Shown here in pieces: positions 48,043 through 58,082 of a DNA stretch of 64,000 nucleotides; within the stretch, counting starts at the first letter, position 1; every line of letters starts with the position of its first letter. A program made the translations under genes and the position numbers. The DNA lies in the sequence record MK327931.1; one strand, written 5' to 3'. The notes below the pieces were generated by a model that made no database searches, was not told the DNA's origin, and saw only the letters and a program-made list of their open reading frames with translations.

Positions 48043-48257
48043 TATTTCTTTCTCTTATATTTGTTAATAATATCTTGGGTAAGTGAAATAAAAATATATA
48101 CTAATGTTACAGGCCAAATAATAGCCATCAGTGCTGCTGTTTGGAGATTCATGATAATCATGATTTCATCTTTAAAACAACCCCAATTAAGTACTAGAAA
48201 GTTGGTTATAAATGTAACAAATGCTACAAAACCATATATTGCAAAAAATGTTATCAT
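48042..48257 (-). CDS. Small membrane protein
   Basis: Two TM helices, IIWP. Confidence 0.6.
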   Translation of the reverse strand: MITFFAIYGFVAFVTFITNFLVLNWGCFKDEIMIIMNLQTAALMAIIWPVTLVYIFISLTQDIINKYKRKK

Positions 48258-48259
48258 AA

Positions 48260-48589
48260 TTATTCCTCATCATCCACTAAAACAAGATAATCCAAACTTA
48301 ACTCGGTATCTATGTAACAATCACAATTCAAGTACTCAATTTCAGCACCTATAGTTCTCCCATTCTTAAATATCTCAATGATTTTCATTCTAGTATTGGG
48401 ATTAATGTGTTCAATGTCGTATTCGTATTCAGGGTCAATATACTCACTTGTCATACGTTTGATGTATTGTTCCGAATATCGTACAGTTTTACCTATAAGA
48501 TCATTACTCAACGTCTGATAAAAATCATCTTGAATTTTGAATAATGACCTATAAAAAATATTATGTTGAATTAGTGGTTTCATTGACAT
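48260..48589 (-). CDS. Small paralog-family protein
   Basis: DLIGKTV. Confidence 0.6.
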   Translation of the reverse strand: MSMKPLIQHNIFYRSLFKIQDDFYQTLSNDLIGKTVRYSEQYIKRMTSEYIDPEYEYDIEHINPNTRMKIIEIFKNGRTIGAEIEYLNCDCYIDTELSLDYLVLVDDEE

Positions 48590-49230
48590 TAATCACAACT
48601 TCCAGACGATGAACTTGAATCAGAACTAGAGCTATCATAGGAACAAGAATCAGAGGAAGAACTGCTGTGACGGCTATAATCACTGTAATCATCATTGTTG
48701 TAGATTGGTGATGTTACGATTGCTGCTGCGGTCGCTGCCGTTGCAATTTGTGCAGTATGGTCATGAACACCTAGTTGTGGTTCATCCTTAGATTTACCTT
48801 TGTTCTTACCTTTAGTGTAACGAGCTTTCTTTGCAGTTTTAGTATTTTTCTGTACTTTAGGAGCTTTTGGTTTCACATCTTCAACGACTGGAACTACATT
48901 CACTACAACTTTAGGATCAGTTTCTTCAAGTGTATTATACACTTTAACTTGCATTTGAACTTCAACTTCTTTAACTTCTTCTTTAACTTCTTCTTTAACT
49001 TCTGGAATAACTGTTTCTGGTGCTGGAGTGATTTTATCAAGTTCTTTAGTAATAAAGAAGCTTGTATTTTTCTCACCTAGCATAACAAGAAGACCAATGG
49101 CAATCACTGGACTTAGTACTGTACCAAGTACTACATAACCTAGAACACTTCGGTTATAGTTATATGCAAGCATACCAGAAATAATAATACCGATTACATA
49201 TGCACTGCTAAGAATAATTGGGGTTAACAT
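48589..49230 (-). CDS. Membrane protein with low-complexity Ser/Asp tail
   Basis: Two TM helices, EVKE repeats, SSSSSDSCSYDSSSS...SCD end. Confidence 0.75.
   Translation of the reverse strand: MLTPIILSSAYVIGIIISGMLAYNYNRSVLGYVVLGTVLSPVIAIGLLVMLGEKNTSFFITKELDKITPAPETVIPEVKEEVKEEVKEVEVQMQVKVYNTLEETDPKVVVNVVPVVEDVKPKAPKVQKNTKTAKKARYTKGKNKGKSKDEPQLGVHDHTAQIATAATAAAIVTSPIYNNDDYSDYSRHSSSSSDSCSYDSSSSDSSSSSGSCD
48961..49002. repeat. 12-bp tandem repeat (about 3 copies, EVKE/EEVK)
   Basis: (TTCTTTAACTTC)n inside 48589-49230. Confidence 0.7.
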
Positions 49231-49534
49231 ATTCTACTCCTTTGTATATAAATTTACTAACTTCTTCGATGTATAAAGACAACCCTGAACGTTCATTTAG
49301 AACTAACCAAGCACCAAAACCACATCGAATCTCGGATATATGAAACTCTTCTACACTATAAATTGAATACGCGTTAAATGGACATATTTCATCAGATATA
49401 CTTACCACATAGTTATTATTAATTGAATCTAACACCTGGGTATTGTATAAATTATTAGTACTGAAAATCTGCATTAACGAGCTAGAAAGCATCTCGGTTG
49501 TCTTTTCTAATATTGTTAAAAACGAACCATTCAC
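49208..49534 (-). CDS. Hypothetical protein
   Basis: Packed ORF. Confidence 0.55.
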   Translation of the reverse strand: MNGSFLTILEKTTEMLSSSLMQIFSTNNLYNTQVLDSINNNYVVSISDEICPFNAYSIYSVEEFHISEIRCGFGAWLVLNERSGLSLYIEEVSKFIYKGVEYVNPNYS

Positions 49535-49591
49535 TTCAACTTCTCCCTATTGGTGATGTAATCAAATTATATCACCGAATTCTGATACGTC

Positions 49592-49897
49592 TCATGATAT
49601 TCGCATTTCATCTATATATAATGAACATGATTCAGAATTATCGTCTAAACTTAAACCTAAATCGACCATCAAACCGCAATGCGTTCCCCAGAATTTCTTT
49701 ATGTATAGTTTTTTGCTATTATTACCTAAATCATAAACATATTCATTTTTAAATATACTTTTTAATTCTTCACATATACATTTTATTATCTTCATTACTT
49801 GATTATGATATTCGTATGGTATTCCATCAAGTTCGTTAATTATTAATGCAAAACCATCATCATAGTACTTAAGTTTATTGAATGTTTGTATATCCAT
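49592..49897 (-). CDS. Hypothetical protein
   Basis: Packed ORF. Confidence 0.6.
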   Translation of the reverse strand: MDIQTFNKLKYYDDGFALIINELDGIPYEYHNQVMKIIKCICEELKSIFKNEYVYDLGNNSKKLYIKKFWGTHCGLMVDLGLSLDDNSESCSLYIDEMRIS

Positions 49898-50194
49898 TTA
49901 ATATATAATCTCACTAGCTTCTATTGTGTAGACACCATCATCAGTCATTAATCTAACTGCAACTTTAATATTATTAGACATTCGTGTAACTATCAATCCA
50001 ATAATTACACCATTCTTTAAAGTACCGTTATGGTATCTTACTTGTACTTTAGTTTTGTTATCAATTAGGTATCTTCGAATTTGATGAATTTCAGTTCTAA
50101 ACAGTTCTAAATAAACTTCACTATATTCCTTATCTGAACCGTCTGAACACCAGTACAATAAATTTACTTGTTCAAATAATTTTTTTATATTCAT
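49898..50194 (-). CDS. Small paralog-family protein
   Basis: Helix + beta-rich C-terminus. Confidence 0.6.
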   Translation of the reverse strand: MNIKKLFEQVNLLYWCSDGSDKEYSEVYLELFRTEIHQIRRYLIDNKTKVQVRYHNGTLKNGVIIGLIVTRMSNNIKVAVRLMTDDGVYTIEASEIIY

Positions 50195-50493
50195 AAAAAT
50201 CTCACAGATTTAATATTACTGGTTACATGATTTACCCAAGTGTTATCGAACTTGTAAACAATTGTATTAAGTGATTTATGAAAATTAACCTCGCACACTA
50301 ATGCCTTGGAACCATTGATTGTACAGACCGTGGATGGTAAGTTGTTTGCTAATATCTCTTTTTCATCTAAACATAGTGAACTAATACAATCATAATAGAG
50401 AGGTTCAAGAACTTTTTCAGTACTGAGAAATTCAAAAGAAAGATCATCTATTAGTTTTATGTAATCGAATAAATTATGATAATATTCATTCAT
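50191..50493 (-). CDS. Hypothetical protein (start MNEYYH)
   Basis: AAGGA SD before internal ATG. Confidence 0.6.
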   Translation of the reverse strand: MNEYYHNLFDYIKLIDDLSFEFLSTEKVLEPLYYDCISSLCLDEKEILANNLPSTVCTINGSKALVCEVNFHKSLNTIVYKFDNTWVNHVTSNIKSVRFL

Positions 50494-50740
50494 TGCAGAT
50501 CCTTTTAAATTTAGCATTATTAGAATATGTATATGAATGACCGAAATCATTTACACCATGTACATTTAGTACACCGTCACTGAAATAAATTCGATCAATA
50601 GTGAGTTCACGTTTATAATCCCAATCATCATACCAGCACAGAACACGAATACCTTTGTACTTTGTAGTTAAATCATTTTCTAATATAGTCAAGTAATCAA
50701 TATGACTTTTGAATATCTCTAAGTCCTGCTCAAACATCAT
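50486..50740 (-). CDS. Small paralog-family protein
   Basis: KYKGIRV. Confidence 0.65.
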   Translation of the reverse strand: MMFEQDLEIFKSHIDYLTILENDLTTKYKGIRVLCWYDDWDYKRELTIDRIYFSDGVLNVHGVNDFGHSYTYSNNAKFKRICNE

Positions 50741-50997
50741 TGTTCCTCGTATAATTCTATATCATCAACACCAACTTGGCGAATTGCAGTACTTCTGTTG
50801 AATGTATTTTTTTCAAACAAACATACTGTTAAACGTATTTCACACTTCAATGCACTATAATAAATCATATCAATAACACCATATGTTTCATACATTTCTA
50901 CGTATACATTTCGACCTAAATACTTTTCTTCTAAATCAGTAATTAGACTATTGATAAGATTACCTATCTGTGTTATATCTGTGTGAAATTTATCCAT
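50737..50997 (-). CDS. Small paralog-family protein
   Basis: KYLGRNV. Confidence 0.65.
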   Translation of the reverse strand: MDKFHTDITQIGNLINSLITDLEEKYLGRNVYVEMYETYGVIDMIYYSALKCEIRLTVCLFEKNTFNRSTAIRQVGVDDIELYEEQ

Positions 50998-51222
50998 TAT
51001 AATAAACCTCTCACATAAAACATTGATGAAAATAGATAATCATCAGTACTGGAATTTAGTAGTTTATCAAAACTATAATTTTTATGCTTATTTTCATACA
51101 AAGACAATCTATAGTATCGTTCTATATTTTCTAAGTAGTCTTTTTGTAATAACATCTGTGTTGTTACATTCACTATAATGTACCTTAAAAGAAAAAGGGA
51201 CCAATATATGATCCCTTTTGTA

Positions 51223-52155
51223 TTAGAAATTTCCTTCAGCCACTTGGAAAACTTTCAACCCAAGTAGCTTACGCCACATGAATACAACTTGATCGCGGTC
51301 ATCATATACCTTTTTAACATCGTAATGATCAACCACATTTTTCATGTACAGGTCGAATTTTACAACATCATCAGGACGTTTATCATCGATATCTCGCATA
51401 AACAATGCATCGTAAGGAACACCCCAATTCTTAAGCCACTGTTCGGTATCAGCACGACACCCTTCAGTACGCCCACTCATGACGATAATCTTGCGTTTAT
51501 GAAAAACTGCTTCAGCGATAATAGACAAAATAACTTCTTCATCAGGTGTATCCTGAAGAACAGTACTTTCATCGTAAGGATTACGACCCCATTTATGAGC
51601 AAGAGTTCCATCGATATCAACGATGATAGCAGCTTCGCGTGAATTACCATAGTAACCAATGTGTAATGCCTTACTATAATAGTACGTATCTGCCATTGTG
51701 TCAATGATATCATCTTGTACTGAACGCTCACGCTGGAGGTTATATTTCTTACAAAGTTTTACGAACTCTTTAATCTTAAAGAATTCATGAACATCTGCAC
51801 CACGGTCTTCATTAGGTACAAAATCATCATAGAAGTTCTTTTCTTTGTAATCATAACCATTATCTTTAGCCCATACTTTCCAGAGATTACGGAAATGTTG
51901 TTTAAGGTTTGTATCGGATATGATGATGTTCCAACCATTCTCTGCTGCTGAATTTGCTGCACTGAACTGTAAATTAGTTACGTACTGCTCATTAGCATCG
52001 TTGAATTTGTAAGCATCATGTGACCCAGCCATAGATTCACGAATATCATCACGGTTGATGTTGATAGTCTTGGATTTGGCATTTTTAATTTCTTGAACTG
52101 CCCATGTGGTTTTACCACACCCAGGTAATCCAACTGTTAGTGTAATAGTTGGCAT
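51223..52155 (-). CDS. pseT: Polynucleotide 5'-kinase/3'-phosphatase
   Basis: GLPGCGKTT, NRDDIR, ISDTNL, DIDGTL HAD motif, SGR, DDR..VV.MWR..G..VFQV. Confidence 0.97.
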   Translation of the reverse strand: MPTITLTVGLPGCGKTTWAVQEIKNAKSKTININRDDIRESMAGSHDAYKFNDANEQYVTNLQFSAANSAAENGWNIIISDTNLKQHFRNLWKVWAKDNGYDYKEKNFYDDFVPNEDRGADVHEFFKIKEFVKLCKKYNLQRERSVQDDIIDTMADTYYYSKALHIGYYGNSREAAIIVDIDGTLAHKWGRNPYDESTVLQDTPDEEVILSIIAEAVFHKRKIIVMSGRTEGCRADTEQWLKNWGVPYDALFMRDIDDKRPDDVVKFDLYMKNVVDHYDVKKVYDDRDQVVFMWRKLLGLKVFQVAEGNF

Positions 52156-52167
52156 TATTACTCCTTG

Positions 52168-52482
52168 TTACTCAATGAATTCTACATCTTCGAGTTTGTG
52201 CCATCCTCTTGAAAGGTTTCTTGTTCCGTTATTGTATTCAGTGTATACAAAGCATTCACCATTTACTAAATTACCAATAGCAGTACGCGATACTTTAACA
52301 TCAAGAATTATAGTACTGAACCATTCTCTGATTGTATGATCCCAGCATTTAACTTTACATCCAATCAATGTTTTCTTAAAATCGAAAACGTAATCTTCGA
52401 CCATTGATTCGACAGATTCTATTAGTTCCTTTTCAATGTACTTTAACTTTTCGATCCTCTCAAATGCAAGTTCTTTATTCAT
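52168..52482 (-). CDS. Small paralog-family protein
   Basis: TLIGCKV. Confidence 0.65.
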   Translation of the reverse strand: MNKELAFERIEKLKYIEKELIESVESMVEDYVFDFKKTLIGCKVKCWDHTIREWFSTIILDVKVSRTAIGNLVNGECFVYTEYNNGTRNLSRGWHKLEDVEFIE

Positions 52483-52488
52483 ATGTCC

Positions 52489-52743
52489 TCAATTATCTAG
52501 AACATCCACTATCAAACAAGCTTCAATAACGAAACAATCATCTAATTCAAAGAGTAATTGATAGTCATCAGAAAACTTCACTTTAGTAATGTAAGCACTT
52601 TCAATTCCACCACTATGATAAGAACTATATAAAATACATTTACCTGTATATTCCTTACGGATACGACTAAATTCTTCATATAAATGAGTAATAAACGTAT
52701 CCGCAGTTTTGTTGTAGTATTTTAGGTCACTTACTGTGCTCAT
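52489..52743 (-). CDS. Small paralog-family protein
   Basis: EYTGKCI. Confidence 0.6.
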   Translation of the reverse strand: MSTVSDLKYYNKTADTFITHLYEEFSRIRKEYTGKCILYSSYHSGGIESAYITKVKFSDDYQLLFELDDCFVIEACLIVDVLDN

Positions 52744-52957
52744 TAACTTTTCCTACTCCAAATCGTTTGGAGATTTTCACAAGTACAGATTCATCACAAC
52801 GAATACTAGCAGTATCATTGGATGAACTGTACTTTAATGGGGTCCACTGTAATTGAGATTCTTCTAGGAACTTGATACATCTGAAGTAATCTTTCAGAGA
52901 AAGAAATTTAACTACTGACATATCCTGAACAATACTATGCTGAACTTCAACTTTCAT
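52727..52957 (-). CDS. Hypothetical protein
   Basis: AAGGAG SD. Confidence 0.6.
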   Translation of the reverse strand: MKVEVQHSIVQDMSVVKFLSLKDYFRCIKFLEESQLQWTPLKYSSSNDTASIRCDESVLVKISKRFGVGKVNEHSK

Positions 52958-52966
52958 ATGAACTCC

Positions 52967-53224
52967 TTATAGTGGATCAAATTTATTTTCACGTTTCGAT
53001 GTATAGCGAGTTACATCATGTATTCTCGGCTTAACACCTTTTGGTTTCCTTTTCTTCTTGTATTCAGTACTACTACATCCGAAGGTATTCTCGATTCGTT
53101 TCTTACTTATCTTCACACCTTTCATTGAGCGTTTGTGCTGTAATTCATCGATTTCTTCTTGTATTTTCCTGAACTCAGTCGGAGAAAGGGAACCGTCATT
53201 TTTATACTTAGGTTTAGCCATCAC
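52967..53224 (-). CDS. Small basic protein
   Basis: AAGGAG SD, K/R-rich. Confidence 0.65.
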   Translation of the reverse strand: MMAKPKYKNDGSLSPTEFRKIQEEIDELQHKRSMKGVKISKKRIENTFGCSSTEYKKKRKPKGVKPRIHDVTRYTSKRENKFDPL

Positions 53225-53251
53225 TTCTCCTTGTGCTTAGGCTAGATAGTA

Positions 53252-54394
53252 CTAAAAATCCTTTAGTACAATTTTCATGTATTTTATAAGAGTCTCTTTG
53301 TAATCAACTTTCTTATTGTTATACATTGCAAAGGCCAAGCCCTGACGATTCAGTTCATTAGTTAAACACTCCTGAACCTTCATTGCGAATTCCTTTCGCT
53401 CCAAGTGCTTGTGTTCCTTGACGAAGCTTTCTACTTCATCTTGTAATGCATTATAGCACGAAAATACCAATTGTTCCATTCTTAATATCTTTTGCATAGC
53501 ATATTCATCAGTACTGAACAATTGTTTTAAATCATCACTTGAACCATTTAATACTGCTTCATATAAATGAGAATCAATAATAATACTATCTTTTGTAAGA
53601 TGTAATGAACTGTACCAGTCAGTCTTTATTTTACACATTGTCCCATTATTTAGGATGCACACAAAACCCTCAATATCAAGCATTTTATGAACTTCCTCCA
53701 CGCTTTCACGGAAGGTATTTCGTACCGGAAAAGTGTGATGAATATCTTTTCCAGTCATATTAGTACTGTACTGTGCAAGACATGGAAACTTATCACGTAG
53801 TGCTTTACCACATAGCAACTCACCACTCACACGATGACGAACGTTCAGTACAAACAGTTGTTCTACCTGATATGGTAATACAATTCGGTACTCTGGGCTT
53901 GTATACTCCATATTAACTGTGTAACCTAAACGTTCCGCTTCGTCGATGTACTGATACAAATTCTGGTTCTCGTTAATAAGTCGAGTACTGTTAATCGCAT
54001 GGTCAGAATACAATGCAGTATGTGATTTACAACGAATCTCACCATCATTATCACGGTAAGTACTGATAATCGAACCATCCAACTTAGGCATCACTACCGC
54101 AATGTCATCGCATGTGGTGTTAGCAGGGAACATTGTAGCAGGATTCTCGTAAGCATTGAAGAACTTTTTCATTGTACGTGCTGCACAACGTATCATTTCA
54201 CCTTCTTCATCAATTTCCCACATAGAGCCACGGGTTTCCAACGCATTTGGTTGCATGAAATCAGTGTATGATGCTAGACGATAACTGAATACACGATACG
54301 TGCCACCAGCAGGACTTTTATGATCCACATAAAAGAATGCATCGTTTGTATTACATAAGTGCATTAAATCTTCATATATTTGCAAAAGGGTCAT
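53252..54394 (-). CDS. rnlA: RNA ligase 1 (T4 gp63-like)
   Basis: YRLASY, ETRG, KFFNAYEN, KLDGS, EYTSP..RIV, EGFV, KIKTDWY..LH. Confidence 0.95.
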   Translation of the reverse strand: MTLLQIYEDLMHLCNTNDAFFYVDHKSPAGGTYRVFSYRLASYTDFMQPNALETRGSMWEIDEEGEMIRCAARTMKKFFNAYENPATMFPANTTCDDIAVVMPKLDGSIISTYRDNDGEIRCKSHTALYSDHAINSTRLINENQNLYQYIDEAERLGYTVNMEYTSPEYRIVLPYQVEQLFVLNVRHRVSGELLCGKALRDKFPCLAQYSTNMTGKDIHHTFPVRNTFRESVEEVHKMLDIEGFVCILNNGTMCKIKTDWYSSLHLTKDSIIIDSHLYEAVLNGSSDDLKQLFSTDEYAMQKILRMEQLVFSCYNALQDEVESFVKEHKHLERKEFAMKVQECLTNELNRQGLAFAMYNNKKVDYKETLIKYMKIVLKDF

Positions 54395-54699
54395 TTTATT
54401 ACCTCTATATCTACATCAGTTCCATAATATGATATTAATCCATCATCAGATTCACACTGAATAGACAACTCAGATTCATAGTATGTTACTTTATTCACTG
54501 TTAGTACTTGTTCTTCAATTACTCCAGAAAAATAATTCATCTCACGTACACGAACTTTAGTTCCTTTAGGTAGTTCATCTGAGATTTTTCGAACAAGATC
54601 ATAAGCAGCCTGTTCAAGTGTGTACAGTAATTGTAATCTATCTTGAATATTCATATTATTTCCACCAACTGGTATCACGTCCATTAGACAAAGATTCAT
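54391..54699 (-). CDS. Small paralog-family protein
   Basis: LPKGTKV. Confidence 0.6.
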   Translation of the reverse strand: MNLCLMDVIPVGGNNMNIQDRLQLLYTLEQAAYDLVRKISDELPKGTKVRVREMNYFSGVIEEQVLTVNKVTYYESELSIQCESDDGLISYYGTDVDIEVIK

Positions 54700-55345
54700 T
54701 GTACTGATGCCTAAAATTAGTTTTTGGATTATTGTTCATAGTACTAATAAAATCAAATTTAACATTCTCTTGAATATATTTTTTAACACTATCTTTAAAT
54801 TTAATAGTACTGAAGTCTAAATCTAGATGTTCATACAATACCGGATGACAAAACTCATGTGTACGCAACGCTGGCATGGTATCCTTAATGTATTGCACAG
54901 TGTTAATCATTGCATTGTATTCCGGCATAGCACGCATCATCATTAGCTGAAAGTGTTCTTCCTCTGACATTGACTCATCCAAATCAATAACGACTTCATC
55001 ATTTTTAGAGTCATAAACTTTAATGGTACTCTTGGTTGGATCAAGCATAGCCCACTCTGGATACAGGCATGTTTTCCAAAAAGGATTATTGCACTGAAAC
55101 ATACTAATGAGATTTTGATCTTTATCAAAAATAGCAAATCCAAGATCCGAACTTGGTTGTACTTCACATACACAAATATCGTAAGACGAGTCTTCAGTAC
55201 TGAGTGAACCAACTACATTTGATATATGTGAATATGGAGTTTCTCTTGACTCCAACTGAAATGTACTTTCAATTCGATTGATTTGTGGATGTAATGTAAT
55301 TACACCCCTTAGTACATATAAAATTCTATCTAAATCTTTAATCAA
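54656..55345 (-). CDS. Hypothetical protein
   Basis: MSEEEHFQLMM motif. Confidence 0.65.
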   Translation of the reverse strand: MIKDLDRILYVLRGVITLHPQINRIESTFQLESRETPYSHISNVVGSLSTEDSSYDICVCEVQPSSDLGFAIFDKDQNLISMFQCNNPFWKTCLYPEWAMLDPTKSTIKVYDSKNDEVVIDLDESMSEEEHFQLMMMRAMPEYNAMINTVQYIKDTMPALRTHEFCHPVLYEHLDLDFSTIKFKDSVKKYIQENVKFDFISTMNNNPKTNFRHQYNESLSNGRDTSWWK

Positions 55346-55920
55346 AATTCTATCCCCGTATCAGTTAATTTCGTTCCGTCCATGTACTTAACAGTTATTT
55401 CAATGCGTCGATCAGTACTCAATTTTTGAAGATCATTGTAGTACAATTTAAATTCTTCAAAGAACTCAAGTGGTGGAATATCGTATAAAGTACTAATCTG
55501 GAAGTGCTCAGGTAATCCAAATTCCAATATATCAATCTTAGGCATAAGTCCATCGGCTGCTGCACCTTCTGGAGTACTGCTATCTGCTACATAAAACATA
55601 GAATTACCATGACGCTGGATAACGAATATGCAATCATCTTCACTTACATAAATCATATTTCCAAGGTATGGATCGTTATCACACCAATTATCATGGACGA
55701 GTTGTTCAACTTGAAGTAAATCTTTTATAATTCCCTGACCACTATCGTCAACTAGAATATGTAAACCAGAACAATCTTTGCTCAACCAGCGGTATCTTGC
55801 ATCACATCCTGATTCCATAAATGGATATTTTGAAAAATCCATATCAGTACCATTATAAAACCAATCGTACCACTCATTACGCATACTAATCAGCTTAGTA
55901 CTTAATTCTAATACATTCAT
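55342..55920 (-). CDS. Hypothetical protein
   Basis: PEHFQISTLYDIP motif. Confidence 0.65.
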   Translation of the reverse strand: MNVLELSTKLISMRNEWYDWFYNGTDMDFSKYPFMESGCDARYRWLSKDCSGLHILVDDSGQGIIKDLLQVEQLVHDNWCDNDPYLGNMIYVSEDDCIFVIQRHGNSMFYVADSSTPEGAAADGLMPKIDILEFGLPEHFQISTLYDIPPLEFFEEFKLYYNDLQKLSTDRRIEITVKYMDGTKLTDTGIEF

Positions 55921-55927
55921 TTTAGTT

Positions 55928-56230
55928 TTATCCTCTTAATTTAATAGTACTGGCTGGATATTCTACAAAAGTATTATCTGGTAATCCTATACAGTAATAA
56001 GGTAAATACCCCATCTTTATATTAATACCAATTAAAATTCCTGTTTTATATGAAGTATTAATTCCATAGTAATCGTCTATATCAACAGCAAGTCCATATA
56101 ATGATATGTTACAATCCTTGATGTATCGGTCAAACATTTTATACATTGATGGATATAAAGTTCCATTGGATTGTCTCACCAAATCAGCCAACATTTTGAT
56201 AGTACTGTTAATTAAATCTATACTGAACAT
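55928..56230 (-). CDS. Hypothetical protein
   Basis: Packed ORF. Confidence 0.6.
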   Translation of the reverse strand: MFSIDLINSTIKMLADLVRQSNGTLYPSMYKMFDRYIKDCNISLYGLAVDIDDYYGINTSYKTGILIGINIKMGYLPYYCIGLPDNTFVEYPASTIKLRG

Positions 56231-56274
56231 CTTTGTACCTGCGAAAAAAGACCAGCAAACGCTGGCCTAAGAAT

Positions 56275-56556
56275 TTAAATTATTTCATAAAGACAATATA
56301 CACCATCAACGCCAGCATCAGGAAAATCAACATAGAAATTCACACTAACAGTGTCGTAATCTATATCAGTGATTCGTCCGGTTTTACCTACACTTTTTAC
56401 AAATATATCAGACCCAAGATACACAAACTCGAACTCGTCAGCATACTCTTTTATGATATCTGCGAACCTACAACCACACCTAGGTTCTGTGTTAATAATT
56501 TCAAGATATAATGTAATATATTGTTCGTATGTCCATGTGTGTAGATAAAAATCCAT
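56275..56556 (-). CDS. Small paralog-family protein
   Basis: VYLGSDI. Confidence 0.6.
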   Translation of the reverse strand: MDFYLHTWTYEQYITLYLEIINTEPRCGCRFADIIKEYADEFEFVYLGSDIFVKSVGKTGRITDIDYDTVSVNFYVDFPDAGVDGVYCLYEII

Positions 56557-56566
56557 AGAAGTTTCC

Positions 56567-57304
56567 TTAGAAATATATCATACCCATCAATTCAGAATCG
56601 GCGGGGCGAGTATAACCTTGCTTCTTAACTTTAAAATAGAATGATTCATGCTCTTCTAAATTATAACGTTTTTTCAAGCAACGAGTGTATGTCTGACAAT
56701 TTGGGTGAACCCATTCATAAATGTGAATGCCATTTTCGTCATAACCATTTATACTACAACGATTTCCTTCATGCTTCATGAAGTTTTTACTTTTTTCAGT
56801 AAATTCTTTCACTGTAGTTGTATATGGGGATTTGTATTCAAAAGGAACTTCAGTCATACGAAAATAATAGTATTCTTCGTCTTCATCATATCCCAAGAGC
56901 ACTGTGTTAGTTTCACGTACATTGTAATGATTCTTACTTTTTAATTCATTTTCGTATATATCTTTCAGTACTTCTGCAAAAACTTCCTCGCTTGATGCAT
57001 TAGGATTAGATACACCTGATACTCGGCGTTCAATAATAAAATCAGTGAATTTACGGTCTTCGGCAATATCTTCGTTCATATAAAGACTAACAAACTTATC
57101 CTTATATGTCTTTACACTATATTGCTTACTTTGCACTTCACTATAAACATCTGCTAACATATTCTCCTGACCACACTGCACACCACTTACAGAATAAGCA
57201 CATGCATGTTCAGCCATTACTGATGTTAACATTTGGAAATTTGCCATGTTTAATTCATTCGCCATCTCTGTAGCGAAACGGATACGGTCAAGCATTTCAC
57301 ACAC
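56567..57304 (-). CDS. Hypothetical protein
   Basis: AAGGAG SD, 245 aa. Confidence 0.7.
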   Translation of the reverse strand: MCEMLDRIRFATEMANELNMANFQMLTSVMAEHACAYSVSGVQCGQENMLADVYSEVQSKQYSVKTYKDKFVSLYMNEDIAEDRKFTDFIIERRVSGVSNPNASSEEVFAEVLKDIYENELKSKNHYNVRETNTVLLGYDEDEEYYYFRMTEVPFEYKSPYTTTVKEFTEKSKNFMKHEGNRCSINGYDENGIHIYEWVHPNCQTYTRCLKKRYNLEEHESFYFKVKKQGYTRPADSELMGMIYF

Positions 57305-57335
57305 TCCTTGTGTTAATTATTGTTCCTTACCCATT

Positions 57336-57363
57336 ATTATATCATGAATTAAACTATTGTCCC
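57336..57363 (-). promoter_or_regulatory. GGGACA-N16-TATAAT promoter
   Basis: Same TGA-TATAAT class. Confidence 0.55.
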
Positions 57364-57650
57364 TGTTTATAGCAATAAAGATTCTCTAATTTAAAATCTA
57401 CTAGATCACATTCAGAACGTACTCGATTCTTGTTCCAGAATAAAATACGAATCCTTTCATAATCACGATAAACACTAATAATGCTTCTGTGCTTGGATTT
57501 GTAGTAATCCTGTACTATCCCCAGATACACAGTCCTCAATAAAGACTTAGTTGGATAGGGCATATTCTGTGCTGACGTGATATCGTAAATCATCTTCATT
57601 GTTTCAGCAACAAGTACTTCATTTGTTCTCATTGTAATCCTTACATACAC
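57354..57650 (-). CDS. Hypothetical protein (true start probably internal)
   Basis: Packed ORF. Confidence 0.55.
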   Translation of the reverse strand: MYVRITMRTNEVLVAETMKMIYDITSAQNMPYPTKSLLRTVYLGIVQDYYKSKHRSIISVYRDYERIRILFWNKNRVRSECDLVDFKLENLYCYKQGQ

Positions 57651-57795
57651 TATGTAAAGTAAATCCTAATCCAACACCGACAAATGGAAATAGTAAATTG
57701 ATATACCAAGTATTAATTGATGAAAGTAAACAAATCCCACATACTGTCAGTACTGCCAATGAAAAAAGACTCCAGATAAAAAATACTGCTCTCAT
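57619..57795 (-). CDS. Small membrane protein (58 aa, not in ORF track)
   Basis: MRAVFFIWSLFSLAVLTVCGICLL...; ATGA overlap. Confidence 0.55.
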   Translation of the reverse strand: MRAVFFIWSLFSLAVLTVCGICLLSSINTWYINLLFPFVGVGLGFTLHSVCKDYNENK

Positions 57796-58082
57796 AAAAA
57801 TGTTACCTCATCAAATGAAAAGTTTAAGTACGTTGTTGAATCTTGGTCTAAAGTATGAATAGTAATATGACCATTGAAATAAAAAGAAACATCAACTATT
57901 TGAAGTTTTGGGTATTTTCTAGTACTGAAATACCTTCCTACTACTAAGTCAGAAAACATATTTCTGTATTCTTGTGTTACGTTTTTGTATAGGTTATGTA
58001 GAGCACTTTCTTGTGAATCGAAAGTAATGGAATAATCTTTCACCAATATAGCATATGTTTTCTGCATTAAAATGATATTCAT
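57792..58082 (-). CDS. Small paralog-family protein
   Basis: MNIILMQKTYAIL. Confidence 0.65.
   Translation of the reverse strand: MNIILMQKTYAILVKDYSITFDSQESALHNLYKNVTQEYRNMFSDLVVGRYFSTRKYPKLQIVDVSFYFNGHITIHTLDQDSTTYLNFSFDEVTFL

Noticed and set aside
56233-56511. Track ORF MYLRKK... labelled minus
   Set aside because: The peptide actually reads on the plus strand and is an antisense shadow of the real gene 56275-56556, starting across a terminator hairpin
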